From: Candidatus Methanoperedens sp.
GTDB lineage: Archaea > Halobacteriota > Methanosarcinia > Methanosarcinales > Methanoperedenaceae
Direction of reading: 5' to 3'
Assembly: GCA_041494705.1 (NCBI GenBank)
Contig: JBGQBI010000001.1
Span: 330,001-362,000 of the forward strand
Length of the DNA stretch: 32,000 nucleotides
A program made the translations under genes and the position numbers. Shown one piece after another: positions 17,489 through 27,331 of the stretch (position 1 is its first letter; each line of letters begins with the position of its first letter). Under the pieces are notes generated by a model. It worked only from the letters and a program-made list of their open reading frames with translations, did no database searches and was not told the origin of the DNA.

Positions 17489-18252
17489 AAATGCCCGGAC
17501 AAAAATTACTTGAGGTTTCTGATTCGGAAATAAGAGGAGATAATACTATGGGAGAAGTTTTTTTCAAAAGGTTCACTTTCAATCAACTTTTAGAACACTG
17601 GGTAATGATCGGGTCATTCATGCTCCTTGTGATAAGTGGAATGCCTCTTAAATTTCCTGACGCCTGGTGGTCTCCGGTAATCATAAATCTACTGGGCGGA
17701 TTTGAAATGAGGACTCTTATACACCATACTGCAGGCATTGGAATGGTTGTTCTGGGTGTCTATCATGTCGTTTACCATGTCTTTATTGATAGAGAATCGA
17801 TGCTTGAGCGCAAAGTGTGGCCTACTTTAAAAGATGTGCAGGATTTCTGGCAGACAATACTATTCTACATCGGGAAGTCAGAGCATCCGAAATTCGGAAG
17901 GTACAGCTGGAAGGAAAAATTCGATTACTGGGGCGCCTTCTGGGGTATGGTGATGCTCTGTGTTACCGGACTTATTATGATGTTTCCTTTTATGGCTATG
18001 GAATATATTCCATATGCATATGTGCACCTGTCAACCCTTATTCATACCGATGAGGCATTATTGGCAACCCTGTTTATTTTTATAGTCCACTGGTGGAATG
18101 TTCATTACAACCCTGAGGTTTTCCCGATGTCAAAAGCATGGATTACGGGTAACCTCTCAGAGGAACAGATGAAACATGAACATCCGCTTGAGTATGAAGA
18201 GATAATGAGACAGATGAATGAAAAAAGCGAGAAAATTACATTTAATAGATAA
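17482..18252 (+). CDS. Dihaem b-type cytochrome, membrane subunit (FdnI / Ni-Fe hydrogenase cytochrome b-like)
   Basis: About 5 predicted TM helices carry conserved His residues (LEHW, HHTAG, HTDEAL, HWWNVH). A more likely start is ATG 17548, preceded by GAGGAG. Overlaps or abuts the cytochrome c gene. Confidence 0.75.
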   Translation: MVKMPGQKLLEVSDSEIRGDNTMGEVFFKRFTFNQLLEHWVMIGSFMLLVISGMPLKFPDAWWSPVIINLLGGFEMRTLIHHTAGIGMVVLGVYHVVYHVFIDRESMLERKVWPTLKDVQDFWQTILFYIGKSEHPKFGRYSWKEKFDYWGAFWGMVMLCVTGLIMMFPFMAMEYIPYAYVHLSTLIHTDEALLATLFIFIVHWWNVHYNPEVFPMSKAWITGNLSEEQMKHEHPLEYEEIMRQMNEKSEKITFNR

Positions 18253-18259
18253 TTTTTTT
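18253..18259 (+). terminator. Oligo-T (T7) immediately after the cytochrome b stop
   Basis: TAATTTTTTTA. Archaeal intrinsic terminators are oligo-T tracts. Confidence 0.4.
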
Positions 18260-18421
18260 AAGTTTCATGTAGATGTGTAGATAGTATAAGTCGGAGATGT
18301 GATTCATTATTCGTGAGAATCTGTGTCATCCATGCGCTACGCGTGTTCTATTACCCGTTTCAAGACAATAGAATAGCTAACTCCGCTGAAAATCAATCCA
18401 AGGCTGCTTCCAAAACCAGTC

Positions 18422-18459
18422 AAAATAAAAAAGAAAAACGTACCCGCAAGAAAGGGTAC
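18422..18459 (-). terminator. Hairpin plus T-rich tract after the 13-haem cytochrome gene
   Basis: On the minus strand: GTACCC-tttcttgc-GGGTAC followed by GTTTTTCTTTTTTATTTT. Confidence 0.55.
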
Positions 18460-18470
18460 TGTTTTATCAA

Positions 18471-19580
18471 TTACTTTCCTGTTTTACCGCTGGCTACTCC
18501 AGTGGCATGGCAATCTGCGCAAAACTTGGGTTGATGGCAATCGCTGCATACTTTGCCTATCAAAACCTGCGTCTTATGTGTTTTTAACCAGTCCGTAGGA
18601 TGCTCTTTGCTGTGGCAGGTAGCGCATAGATTCTCCTTTATCGTGGGGGTATGCTTTACATCAGAATGGCAGTTATAACACGCGATCTTATTGTTCGTTA
18701 CATGAGTCTTATGCACGAATGCGAAATCGTCGTATTTGTCCACCCTTTCCCTGATATTATGGCATGAATAGCATTTATCCTTCGGGACTATGTCGTTAGC
18801 TCCTGTTGAAACATTTGTATGGCAGGTCATGCATACATAACCCCGGTCGAGATGGCTCGTATGATTAAAGTTTGTATAATTGCTTTGTGCCATTTCTTTT
18901 GGCGGCCCGTGACAGGATGGACATCCCGATATTGAGGTGTTACCGGACACGTCCCTGAAATGACAGGTAAAACAGGTTGAAGTGGTCACCACTATATGTC
19001 CAAGATCCGTTCGTGCAATGCCAGGATGGCACTGGTTGCACGATGGATCAGATACGGACTGGTGCTCTTTCATACCGATGACAAGCATGGAATGACAGCT
19101 TGTGCATGTCAAGCTTATACCTCTCTTGGGTTGAAGCAGATGGTTCTTGTGGCTGAAATTGATGCCAGTATACGGTACATCCGAGGAAAATATGCGCTTT
19201 TCATGGCAGATGAGACAATTATTATCCATTACCTTCGCATACAATTTCCCCGAATATTCTTCAACCGTGGTTTCATAACTGTAAAACTGCATAAGCCCGT
19301 TGATTTTACCTTTCAAATGTCCTATCAACCCCGGTTCATAATGGCATTCAACACATCGAACATCGCTATGGGAAGAAGTTCGCCATGAGTCGTAATACGG
19401 TCTCATTATATGGCAATTCTTTCCACAAAACGCAGGATTCTCTGTTATTTCCAGCATTTTTTCTGTGACAACTAACGTTGTAGTAACGAGGACAATCAAT
19501 ACAATTATGATTAATAACTTATTTCTTGAAATCCAGTTCTTGACTGCAGCCGTAATCGAAATCTTATCCATTGGCGTCAC
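18471..19580 (-). CDS. NapC/NirT/NrfH-like membrane-anchored multihaem cytochrome c (12 CXXCH + 1 CX3CH)
   Basis: 369 aa with an N-terminal TM helix (LLIIIVLIVLVTTTLVV). The first motif FCGKNCHIMRP sits where NapC-type proteins have their first haem site. Twelve further CXXCH motifs follow. Confidence 0.85.
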   Translation of the reverse strand: MTPMDKISITAAVKNWISRNKLLIIIVLIVLVTTTLVVTEKMLEITENPAFCGKNCHIMRPYYDSWRTSSHSDVRCVECHYEPGLIGHLKGKINGLMQFYSYETTVEEYSGKLYAKVMDNNCLICHEKRIFSSDVPYTGINFSHKNHLLQPKRGISLTCTSCHSMLVIGMKEHQSVSDPSCNQCHPGIARTDLGHIVVTTSTCFTCHFRDVSGNTSISGCPSCHGPPKEMAQSNYTNFNHTSHLDRGYVCMTCHTNVSTGANDIVPKDKCYSCHNIRERVDKYDDFAFVHKTHVTNNKIACYNCHSDVKHTPTIKENLCATCHSKEHPTDWLKTHKTQVLIGKVCSDCHQPKFCADCHATGVASGKTGK

Positions 19581-20558
19581 TCACCGTTTTCTGATTAAGT
19601 ATAACACTGCAAATATTCCGATTGCCATGACAATCCCAAAACCCGGCGTGCGCGGCGGTACGGTGGGTTCAACGCCAGAAGTTTTATATTCAGCTCTTTT
19701 GGCGGAATCAATCCCGCTCTGTACCTGACTGTCAAAATCCTTAAGATTAAACGCATGCCATAAAAAGGGAATATCGTTCATTACTGACGTTGCTTTATCC
19801 AGGTCAAGCTGTGCAGACGAGACATCTCTTCCACTTGCTTTTGCTTCCTCGACCGCTTTTCTAGCTTTAATTACTTCAGCCTGGAATTCATTGGCTTTTT
19901 CAAGGGCAAGTTTTGCATCCTTCGGAACACTCGCTGTAGCTATATTGTCTTTCTGGTTATGGCAAACACTGCACAGTGGAATGAGTTCGGACGCTTTAAG
20001 CACCTTGAATGTATGGGGTTTGTGGCATGTAATACACGAAGGGGCACGGGATTCTGCTCTCAGTCTCTGATAATGCATTGTATTCTTGAAATGGTCAAGT
20101 TCTTCGGCATGGCATTTTCCACAGGTGTCAGGAATATTTTTAAAATAAATAGAACTGTTTGGGTCATTTGGGCCTTTCATTGCGGCATGAGCACCGGCTT
20201 CAGTTTTTGCGGTAGGATCCCCGCCGTGGCATGCATCGCAGGTGACATAATATTCTGAATGGAGAGAATCAGACCACTGCTGGAAATTGTCAGAAGCTCT
20301 TTTACGGATGACATCTTCGTGGCATTCAAGCGAGCAGGAGATGTTTCTCTCGGTATGGTTAAGTCTTATTTCATTAAAACGGCTCTGCTCATCCGTAAAT
20401 GGAGATAGTTTTTTATGGCAATCCACGCAAGAATTATTAAGAGAGCCTGAGTTTGTAGCCCCGGTTGGAGCGATTAATATTGTGAAATATATAAAAAACA
20501 GAGATATAGCTATAAATCTATGCCAGCAGGGTTGTAATTTTTCATTTTTTGAAAACAT
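19581..20558 (-). CDS. Multihaem cytochrome c (5 CXXCH + 1 CX3CH) with a PGF-CTERM archaeosortase sorting signal
   Basis: 325 aa with a signal peptide. Motifs are CVDCH, CSLECH, CDACH, CGKCH, CITCH and CSVCH. The C-terminus is TSGVEPTVPPRT-PGF-GIVMAIGIFAVLYLI-RKR*. Its stop abuts the start of the downstream cytochrome gene. Confidence 0.85.
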   Translation of the reverse strand: MFSKNEKLQPCWHRFIAISLFFIYFTILIAPTGATNSGSLNNSCVDCHKKLSPFTDEQSRFNEIRLNHTERNISCSLECHEDVIRKRASDNFQQWSDSLHSEYYVTCDACHGGDPTAKTEAGAHAAMKGPNDPNSSIYFKNIPDTCGKCHAEELDHFKNTMHYQRLRAESRAPSCITCHKPHTFKVLKASELIPLCSVCHNQKDNIATASVPKDAKLALEKANEFQAEVIKARKAVEEAKASGRDVSSAQLDLDKATSVMNDIPFLWHAFNLKDFDSQVQSGIDSAKRAEYKTSGVEPTVPPRTPGFGIVMAIGIFAVLYLIRKR

Positions 20559-20737
20559 TTTTCGTTTTCCACCGTTGTTATTTTGATTAACCTATCCATC
20601 TCAAAGACAGAACAGAGTACCCGTTTTTTATTCTGGCCTTCTTAATAACGCTGATGATTTGATACAATAAATAGCTTGCTATTTTAATACGCCTATTGGG
20701 CAGATTATTAATAAAAGTTTAGCGTTTACACAAAAAC

Positions 20738-21628
20738 ATGAAATGCCAGAGATGCAGCAAAAGCGCCATCGTATACCAGAAATATTCAAATGCACACCTG
20801 TGTAAAGTTCATTTTATAGAGGATGTGGAAAGGAAAATAAAGCGCGATATCCGAAAGTTCAAAATGGTTGAGCGAAACGACAGGATAGCAGTGGCATTAA
20901 GCGGGGGAAAGGACAGCATTGCACTGCTCTATATATTGCACAAGATTTTCAAGAATCGACCAGATATTGAACTTTTAGCCATCACAATAGATGAAGGTAT
21001 CAGCGGATACAGGGAGCACACGATAAAACATGCTGAAAAGCTTGCGGACGAACTGGGAATTCCCCTTAAGGTCAGCTCGTTCGGCGACGGGTTTGGTATC
21101 ACGCTTGATGAACTTGCAGGGAAAAAAGAACATGCAGCATGCACATTGTGCGGAGTGCTTCGAAAAAACATTTTAAACAGGGTCGCCCGGGAACTCGGCG
21201 CGACCAAGCTCGCTACAGGTCACAATCTTGATGATGAATCCCAGACCATTTTGATGAATTACCTTCGGGGGGATGTGGACAGGATGAAAAGAATGCTTCC
21301 TGATGCAATCCAGCCCGGCATGGTTCTTCGAATAAAGCCCCTTCGAAGCATTCCTGAAAAAGAAGTGGCGCTTTACGGATTCCTGAATAACCTGCCTGTG
21401 AGTACGGATGAGTGCCCGTATTCGGGCGAAGCGCTCCGGAACGAGATACGTGAGATGATTAATAATTATGAGGTGAAACATCCGGGTACAAAATATTCCT
21501 TACTTCGCGGGTTTGAAGCCATATCGAAGGTATTGCAGCCTTCCGGCACACAGGTTTTGCAGTGCGAAAAATGCGGTGAGCCAAGCAGTGAAACGATATG
21601 CAAGACGTGCAGGCTGCTGTGTCGGTAA
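20738..21628 (+). CDS. tRNA 2-thiolation PP-loop ATPase (TtuA/Ncs6/NcsA family) with zinc-finger ends
   Basis: 296 aa. PP-loop ALSGGKDS, N-terminal CQRC...CKVH, central CTLCGVLRK, C-terminal CEKCG...CKTC. Confidence 0.85.
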   Translation: MKCQRCSKSAIVYQKYSNAHLCKVHFIEDVERKIKRDIRKFKMVERNDRIAVALSGGKDSIALLYILHKIFKNRPDIELLAITIDEGISGYREHTIKHAEKLADELGIPLKVSSFGDGFGITLDELAGKKEHAACTLCGVLRKNILNRVARELGATKLATGHNLDDESQTILMNYLRGDVDRMKRMLPDAIQPGMVLRIKPLRSIPEKEVALYGFLNNLPVSTDECPYSGEALRNEIREMINNYEVKHPGTKYSLLRGFEAISKVLQPSGTQVLQCEKCGEPSSETICKTCRLLCR

Positions 21629-21630
21629 TT

Positions 21631-21888
21631 TTATCCTATCATCAATATTACAATCCGCACAATTATCAGCACCCAGCCCACTGCCACAACAATCCATATC
21701 GCCTTTTTTGCCACTTCTGCTATTGCCAGGAATATCGTAAGTATTACGAGCATTCCGATGGCATCGACTATCGATTGGGGGATGATAATCCCTGCAACGG
21801 ATTGAACCAATCCTACTATCTTTTCACCTATCCAGTGCCCTATGGTGTAAATGAACGCCAGAACGTTTGTTAGTATATCTTCTGCCAT
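21631..21888 (-). CDS. Small hypothetical membrane protein
   Basis: 85 aa with 2-3 hydrophobic helices. No family recognised. Confidence 0.45.
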   Translation of the reverse strand: MAEDILTNVLAFIYTIGHWIGEKIVGLVQSVAGIIIPQSIVDAIGMLVILTIFLAIAEVAKKAIWIVVAVGWVLIIVRIVILMIG

Positions 21889-22193
21889 AATTCACCCGTC
21901 AATTCTGTTATATCTTCAATTGCTCCCGGCCATTATATACACTTCGCTAAGAATAGCTCTCAGAGTTTGCAGCTATAACAAAGCCATAAAAAGGCTGACA
22001 GGGATAAAGGGAAAATGGTATGTTGTAGAAAAAAACCTTTAACCCACCCTTTACCCCAATAATTCATACTTGACTACAAGTTAATAAATCTTTTGGTTTG
22101 ATCCTGTTTTGTAAAAATCTCTATCGGCCATCATTAGCTTTGAAGGCAAAAGGTTCATGCCGAAACCGCCGACTTTCAAATTCTGATGAATGA

Positions 22194-22562
22194 TCAATAT
22201 TTATAGGAATCAACCTCTTCTATAGGTTTTTTATCTTTTTTGAGAGGTTCGTCTTTGACATCGACATCATGAAAATTTGTTTCATTTATCTCTTTTACCC
22301 TGCCAACATTCTCGGCAATTTTTCGAAGGGATTCTTTGCTTTCTTTTGTTTGCGGTTTGGGCTTTGGTTTTGCTCTTCCTTTTTTCAGAATATAACCCGC
22401 AGGCTTTAATTCAGATTTCAAAAGTCCAAGTTCAACTTTTCGCTTGTTTATCAAATCAAGAATCGGCTTCCTTGCATTTTCAGGCAATTTCTCAAGCATC
22501 CGCTCAAGATTTTCAAGGGATTTATCCTTTTCCGGTTGTTTGTCTTTATTATCGTTTTCCAT
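22194..22562 (-). CDS. Hypothetical Lys/Glu-rich protein
   Basis: 122 aa, highly charged, with a KPKPKPQTK tract. Sits directly upstream of purD on the same strand. No family recognised. Confidence 0.45.
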   Translation of the reverse strand: MENDNKDKQPEKDKSLENLERMLEKLPENARKPILDLINKRKVELGLLKSELKPAGYILKKGRAKPKPKPQTKESKESLRKIAENVGRVKEINETNFHDVDVKDEPLKKDKKPIEEVDSYKY

Positions 22563-22579
22563 AATTTTTAAGTATATGC

Positions 22580-23881
22580 TTATTTAGCCCTTAATTGTTT
22601 CATATGCTGAATTCTTTTCCTGATAAGTTCTTCTGTACCTATATCACGCCTGCTGTGAAGTGCGCCTTTAAGAGCAGAGAGACCTTTTTGCGCTTTCTTT
22701 TCCGCTTCCCAGATACTATCTGCCATACCAAGGACGGCAATGGCCCTGGAACCTGTTGTGTAGATTTTATTATCCTTTTCATAAACGCTTGAATAGAAAA
22801 GAAACGCATCTTTTACTTCTGCGAGCTCCACAACCGAATCCTTCACAGGATTATCAGGATAGCCCGCAGGGACAGCATATTTGCATACTGTCGCCTGCTT
22901 CTTAAATGTGACCCTGGTTTTATCAAGCGTCCCATTGACAACAGCACCGCATACATCCAGGAAATCATTTTCAAGAATTGGAAGAACATTCATGGCTTCG
23001 GGGTCGCCAAAGCGAGCATTAAATTCGATGACCGAAATACCCTTTGCCGTCGCCATGAACTGGCCGTACAGGATGCCCTGATACGGCACACCTGTTTCTT
23101 TCTTAATGGCAAGAACAGTATCTTTCATTATTTTCTTTGCATCCGTGTAATCCGATTCTTTCATGAAGGGCAGGATATCTTTTGAATCATTGTATGAGCC
23201 CATGCCGCCTGTATTGGGTCCTTTATCTCCCTCATACGCACGCTTGTGGTCCTGGACCGAGGGAGCGTAGGCAAGGGTATTGCCATCTACAAATGCCTGC
23301 ACGGTGAACTCCTCGCCGATTAAACGCTCTTCAATGACAAGGTCATCATTTTTAAGGACTTCTCGCGCATAAACTTTGGCTCCATTTATGTCAAAATGGT
23401 CGCCCATAACACGGACGCCTTTGCCGCCTGTAAGACCCGCAGGTTTTATGACAACATCGCCAATTTCATCGATAAATTCATCAGTGCCGCTTTCCCCTTT
23501 CCTGAACACTTTGAATCCCGGGCATCCTGGAATTTTGTATTTTTTCATGAATTCTCGCGTCCAGGCTTTATCGAATTCGATTTGGGCAGCAAGCTTCCTA
23601 GGGCCGACAACTGGAATACCGGCATCCCAGAGGTGGTCGGAAATTCCGGCTGCAAGCGGGGCTTCGGGGCCGATGACTGCAAGTTCGATTTTATTTTTGA
23701 CGGCATAGTCAATTATAGAGGGTTCTGTTTCTTTTACAAGCATAAAATCTTTGCATAATCGCGCAATTCCCGGGTTTTTCTTGCTCATCGCTGCATAAAG
23801 TTCCGGGTTTTTCCGGCTTCGGATAATAGCGTCCGCGATGGCGTGTTCGCGCCCTCCGCCTCCGACTAAGAGTACTTTCAT
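22580..23881 (-). CDS. purD: Phosphoribosylamine-glycine ligase
   Basis: 433 aa with [16 protein letters not shown] at the N-terminus and ATP-grasp blocks ([26 protein letters not shown]). Confidence 0.95.
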   Translation of the reverse strand: MKVLLVGGGGREHAIADAIIRSRKNPELYAAMSKKNPGIARLCKDFMLVKETEPSIIDYAVKNKIELAVIGPEAPLAAGISDHLWDAGIPVVGPRKLAAQIEFDKAWTREFMKKYKIPGCPGFKVFRKGESGTDEFIDEIGDVVIKPAGLTGGKGVRVMGDHFDINGAKVYAREVLKNDDLVIEERLIGEEFTVQAFVDGNTLAYAPSVQDHKRAYEGDKGPNTGGMGSYNDSKDILPFMKESDYTDAKKIMKDTVLAIKKETGVPYQGILYGQFMATAKGISVIEFNARFGDPEAMNVLPILENDFLDVCGAVVNGTLDKTRVTFKKQATVCKYAVPAGYPDNPVKDSVVELAEVKDAFLFYSSVYEKDNKIYTTGSRAIAVLGMADSIWEAEKKAQKGLSALKGALHSRRDIGTEELIRKRIQHMKQLRAK

Positions 23882-23932
23882 AGGATATCCCAGAATGTGT
23901 TTAAAAATAAAAATGTTCTGGTTCTCTCACGT

Positions 23933-23956
23933 CTTTGCGAACTTTGCGCCTTTGCG
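23933..23956. repeat. Three tandem CTTTGCG heptamers (spacing 9 and 8 nt) upstream of purD
   Basis: tCTTTGCGaaCTTTGCGcCTTTGCGg. It lies just distal to the A/T-rich TATA-like tract (23900-23915) of the minus-strand purD promoter and downstream of tbp. Confidence 0.6.
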
Positions 23957-24004
23957 GTGAGTTAAACATTTACCCCCGCAGAGGTGCTGAAAAAAGGAAA
24001 ATGG

Positions 24005-24580
24005 CTATAATAGCCCCAATCCGTCAAGTTCCACTACAATCTTCTCAACTGCAGCTTCGGCATCCTCGGGTTTCTTCCCGCCGGTTACCACGAGTTTTCC
24101 CGAACCGAATAACAGCATTACCACTTTCGGATTGGATAACCGGTAAACAAGACCCGGGAACTGTTCCGGTTCATATTCTATGTTCTCAAGCCCAAGACCG
24201 ATAGCGATAGCATTCAGGTTCAGCACCCGTCCAAGATCCGCGGAAGCTACGATATTTTGTATTGTTATTTCAGGTTTCTTCGTGATATGAACACCCATGC
24301 CCTTGAGTTTTTCAAAAACCTTGGAAAGACCGACGCCCACATCCGCGATACTTTTGGCGCCTGTGCAAACAATCTTGCCACTTCCGAAAATAAGAGCCGC
24401 GGTTTTCGGGTTTGTTGTCCTGTAAACTACACCCGGGAATCTCTCTTTATTATAATCGGCGCCTTCAAGAACACTTATAACTTCATTAAGGTCGAGTTTT
24501 GCCCCGATAGCGGTCGATGCAACAACATTTTCTATTTTTATAGTCTTTTTTGCTTCGGTTGAATTTACCATACTCATCAC
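24005..24580 (-). CDS. tbp: TATA-box binding protein
   Basis: 191 aa with two imperfect repeats ([19 protein letters not shown]... / [19 protein letters not shown]...), each followed by [15 protein letters not shown] / [15 protein letters not shown]. Confidence 0.95.
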   Translation of the reverse strand: MMSMVNSTEAKKTIKIENVVASTAIGAKLDLNEVISVLEGADYNKERFPGVVYRTTNPKTAALIFGSGKIVCTGAKSIADVGVGLSKVFEKLKGMGVHITKKPEITIQNIVASADLGRVLNLNAIAIGLGLENIEYEPEQFPGLVYRLSNPKVVMLLFGSGKLVVTGGKKPEDAEAAVEKIVVELDGLGLL

Positions 24581-24788
24581 CTTTATATAGGGTATTTAAA
24601 GCTTTAAATACGTTGGGGTAAAAAATAAAAATTGTTTAAAAAGTATTGGAAAAATGAAAATGCCACAGTACTGTTTATAAGAAATCTTTAATTACAATGA
24701 CATTGTCTAAGCCAGCTAGCGGCGGGAGAATATCCCGCAGGGATGTGGCCTTATAAGGCTGAACCATAAAACAATAAAGGAGAATACA

Positions 24789-25376
24789 ATGAAATCAATG
24801 TACGCGTTCATCAGGGACGCATGGAAAAAACCCGGAGAATCCGATGTAGGGGAACTCATGTGGGAAAGGCTCCAGGAGTGGAGACGGGAACCCGCAGTAA
24901 CAAGATTAGACCATCCTACAAGACTTGACAGGGCAAGGTCACTTGGCTTCAAGGCAAAACAGGGGATTGTCGTCGCGCGGGTAAGAATAAGACGCGGCGG
25001 CAGGCGTAAATCAAGATGGCAGCGCGGGCGAAGGACAAAGCACATGGGTGTGAACAAGATAACCCCGGGAAAGAGTATCCAGAGCATTGCGGAAGAGCGC
25101 GCAGCACGGAGATTCCCGAATTTACAGGTATTGAACAGTTACTGGGTTGGACAGGACGGAAAGCACAAATGGTATGAAACCATTCTTGTGGATACAAGCC
25201 ATCCTGCAATTAAGAAGGATAAGAACCTGAAATGGATTTGCAATAACGACCAGAAAGGGCGTGTTTTCAGAGGGAAGACAAGCTCGGGCAGGAAAGGCAG
25301 GGGCCAGAGGCGAAAGGGCAAGGGAACCGAAAAAACAAGACCTAGCCTGCGTTCGCATCAGAATAAGGGTAAATGA
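24789..25376 (+). CDS. rpl15e: 50S ribosomal protein L15e
   Basis: 195 aa, [15 protein letters not shown]...[27 protein letters not shown]. Confidence 0.93.
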   Translation: MKSMYAFIRDAWKKPGESDVGELMWERLQEWRREPAVTRLDHPTRLDRARSLGFKAKQGIVVARVRIRRGGRRKSRWQRGRRTKHMGVNKITPGKSIQSIAEERAARRFPNLQVLNSYWVGQDGKHKWYETILVDTSHPAIKKDKNLKWICNNDQKGRVFRGKTSSGRKGRGQRRKGKGTEKTRPSLRSHQNKGK

Positions 25377-25792
25377 GTATCCATAATATATCACTTCGCG
25401 CCATAGTTTCGGCAACCGAAAGTGAGGACAGGGTAAAGACTGCCCTGTCGCTTTTTCTTTTTGATAATGAAATAGAATCTACGAGGACTGAAGGACATTA
25501 CGGGAATCCCATTACTATCCTCCAGGCGCAGCTCAAGGGAAAGGATTGCAAGCGATTTATTGAGCATTTAAAATCAAAACTGACAGAACCGGAACTTACG
25601 AAATTGAAATACGAAGTCTGTGAAAGGACTGATGATGAGTGTAGTCTTCATTTAAGGTTCGATAAGCAGGCGGCTTTTCAAGGGACAGTTCAACTTGCGA
25701 CAACAACCGATACCATTTCTGCAAGAATGAAGCTCAAGGCGTATCCCGCAAAACGTGAAAAAGCAATCGAGATTGCGGAAACGCTCTTTTGA
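25373..25792 (+). CDS. Predicted RNA-binding protein (DUF54 / COG1325-like)
   Basis: 139 aa. ATGA overlap with rpl15e. [19 protein letters not shown]...[10 protein letters not shown] resembles the archaeal DUF54 family as I remember it; not searched. Confidence 0.55.
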   Translation: MSIHNISLRAIVSATESEDRVKTALSLFLFDNEIESTRTEGHYGNPITILQAQLKGKDCKRFIEHLKSKLTEPELTKLKYEVCERTDDECSLHLRFDKQAAFQGTVQLATTTDTISARMKLKAYPAKREKAIEIAETLF

Positions 25793-25827
25793 TTTCAGGA
25801 AATGATACGCTAAAACAATTTCATAAG

Positions 25828-25839
25828 CTTTTTATATCA
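25828..25839 (+). promoter_or_regulatory. Candidate TATA box for the fpo operon
   Basis: CTTTTTATATCA lies about 40 nt upstream of the fpoA ATG. Confidence 0.3.
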
Positions 25840-25874
25840 ATAATCCTTTTTTAAGTCGTAACACTGGTGTTCCA

Positions 25875-26249
25875 ATGGTCACAAATGAAATTTTTGATAA
25901 TTATTTACCTGTCGTAATTCTTACGATTGTAGGCGTGGTGTTTGTAGCCATCTCTTTATTCATGTCAAGAATGGTCAGGCCGAGCAATAAAACCAAGGAA
26001 AAATTATCAACGTACGAATGCGCGGAAGTGCCAATCGGGGATGCGCGGGTCCATTTCAACATACAATATTACCTTATAGTGATTGTTTTCCTGATATTTG
26101 ATGTCGAGGTTTTGTTCTTATACCCATGGGCCGTGCAATTCAAGAAGCTCGGGCCGCTTGGTTTCTTTGAGATGGTCATTTTTATTGAAATACTTATTAT
26201 CGGTCTTGCCTATGCATGGAGGAAGGAGGCTTTAGAGTGGATCCAGTAA
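25875..26249 (+). CDS. fpoA: F420H2 dehydrogenase (complex I-like) subunit A
   Basis: 124 aa with three TM helices. [44 protein letters not shown] is the NuoA signature. Confidence 0.9.
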   Translation: MVTNEIFDNYLPVVILTIVGVVFVAISLFMSRMVRPSNKTKEKLSTYECAEVPIGDARVHFNIQYYLIVIVFLIFDVEVLFLYPWAVQFKKLGPLGFFEMVIFIEILIIGLAYAWRKEALEWIQ

Positions 26250-26830
26250 CCATTGATACTACAAAAATCAAAACCGCCAAAAAGAAGCCGGTGACAGCAC
26301 TTGAGAAACTGGAAGATACCGGGCTAATAAATACTGTCCTGGCAGCCAGGGAAAGAGAAGGATTGATTCTCTTTTCAACAATAGACCAGGTTCTCAACTG
26401 GGCGCGTTTGAGTTCACTCTGGCCTGTAACGTCGGGTCTTGCCTGCTGCGCGATTGAAATGATGGGTGTGGCTATGGCTCACCATGATATTGCAAGATTC
26501 GGCATGGAGATTTTCAGGGCAAGCCCGAGACAGGCTGACCTCATGTTTGTTTCCGGGACTGTTACCAAAAAGATGGCGCCAAGAGTAAAACAACTTTATG
26601 AAATGATGCCCGACCCCAAATGGGTAATCGCAGTAGGAAGCTGTGCGTCAACAGGCGGGCCTTATCACGAGTCATATGCGGTCTTAAAAGGCGTGGACTT
26701 GATAATACCCGTGGATGTCTATATCCCTGGCTGCCCGCCCAGGCCTGAGGCATGGTTGTACGGGATTATCCAGTTAAGGGAAAAAATCAAGAACGAAGGA
26801 TACGGCGCAAAATGGGGGCTCAACAAATGA
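26237..26830 (+). CDS. fpoB: F420H2 dehydrogenase subunit B
   Basis: NuoB motifs [20 protein letters not shown] and [12 protein letters not shown] prefer GTG 26237 (GGAGG 7 nt upstream) over ATG 26216. Confidence 0.92.
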   Translation: MDPVTIDTTKIKTAKKKPVTALEKLEDTGLINTVLAAREREGLILFSTIDQVLNWARLSSLWPVTSGLACCAIEMMGVAMAHHDIARFGMEIFRASPRQADLMFVSGTVTKKMAPRVKQLYEMMPDPKWVIAVGSCASTGGPYHESYAVLKGVDLIIPVDVYIPGCPPRPEAWLYGIIQLREKIKNEGYGAKWGLNK

Positions 26831-27330
26831 ACCCCGCTGACGAGTTAAAACAAAAGCTGCCTGCCGCTGTTATCAGTACAGGCATGCAGGTGAATAAGCC
26901 GATGGCTGTAATCAGGAAGGAGGAGCTTTTAAACGCCGCCAGAAAAGTGAAGGAAATGGGTTTTGACCATCTTTCTGTGATTACCGGTACCGATTATAAG
27001 GACCATTTTGAGGTTGTTTATAACTTCTTTTCTTACAGCAATAAACAGAATCTTGTATTGAAAGTTATTGCAGACCACGATAAGCCCGAAGTGGATTCGC
27101 TTACATCGCTCTGGAAAGGAGCGGACTGGCTTGAGCGGGAAACCTATGACCTTGTGGGAATTAGATTCAATGGGCATCCCAATCTTGTCCGAATCCTTTT
27201 AGCCGAAGGATGGATTGGGCACCCGCTTCAAAAGGATTATGACATGAACACAGAGCAATTCGTTACCATGGGGGAAAACGGGGAAGACATAGTCAGCACC
27301 GATGGGTCAAACCTGTTGAGGAGGAAGTAA
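26827..27330 (+). CDS. fpoC: F420H2 dehydrogenase subunit C
   Basis: NuoC signature [28 protein letters not shown] 26827 overlaps the fpoB stop (ATGA). The ORF-track start at 26752 lies inside fpoB. Confidence 0.9.
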   Translation: MNPADELKQKLPAAVISTGMQVNKPMAVIRKEELLNAARKVKEMGFDHLSVITGTDYKDHFEVVYNFFSYSNKQNLVLKVIADHDKPEVDSLTSLWKGADWLERETYDLVGIRFNGHPNLVRILLAEGWIGHPLQKDYDMNTEQFVTMGENGEDIVSTDGSNLLRRK

Positions 27331-27331
27331 C

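Noticed and set aside
21889-22193. 305-bp gap without an annotated gene; checked for tRNA, small RNA or a small ORF
   Set aside because: It has no tRNA-like GC-rich stems and only weak imperfect inverted repeats (GGGATAAAGGG ... CCCTTTACCCC). The 63-aa plus-strand ORF has no start context. I cannot support any feature here, though an ncRNA cannot be excluded without covariance-model searches.
26752-26826. Upstream-extended starts given by the ORF track for fpoC (26752), fpoI (29517), fpoK (30483) and the antitoxin (12708)
   Set aside because: The extensions lie inside the preceding genes. Internal ATGs that overlap or abut the upstream stop codons give N-termini typical of the families.
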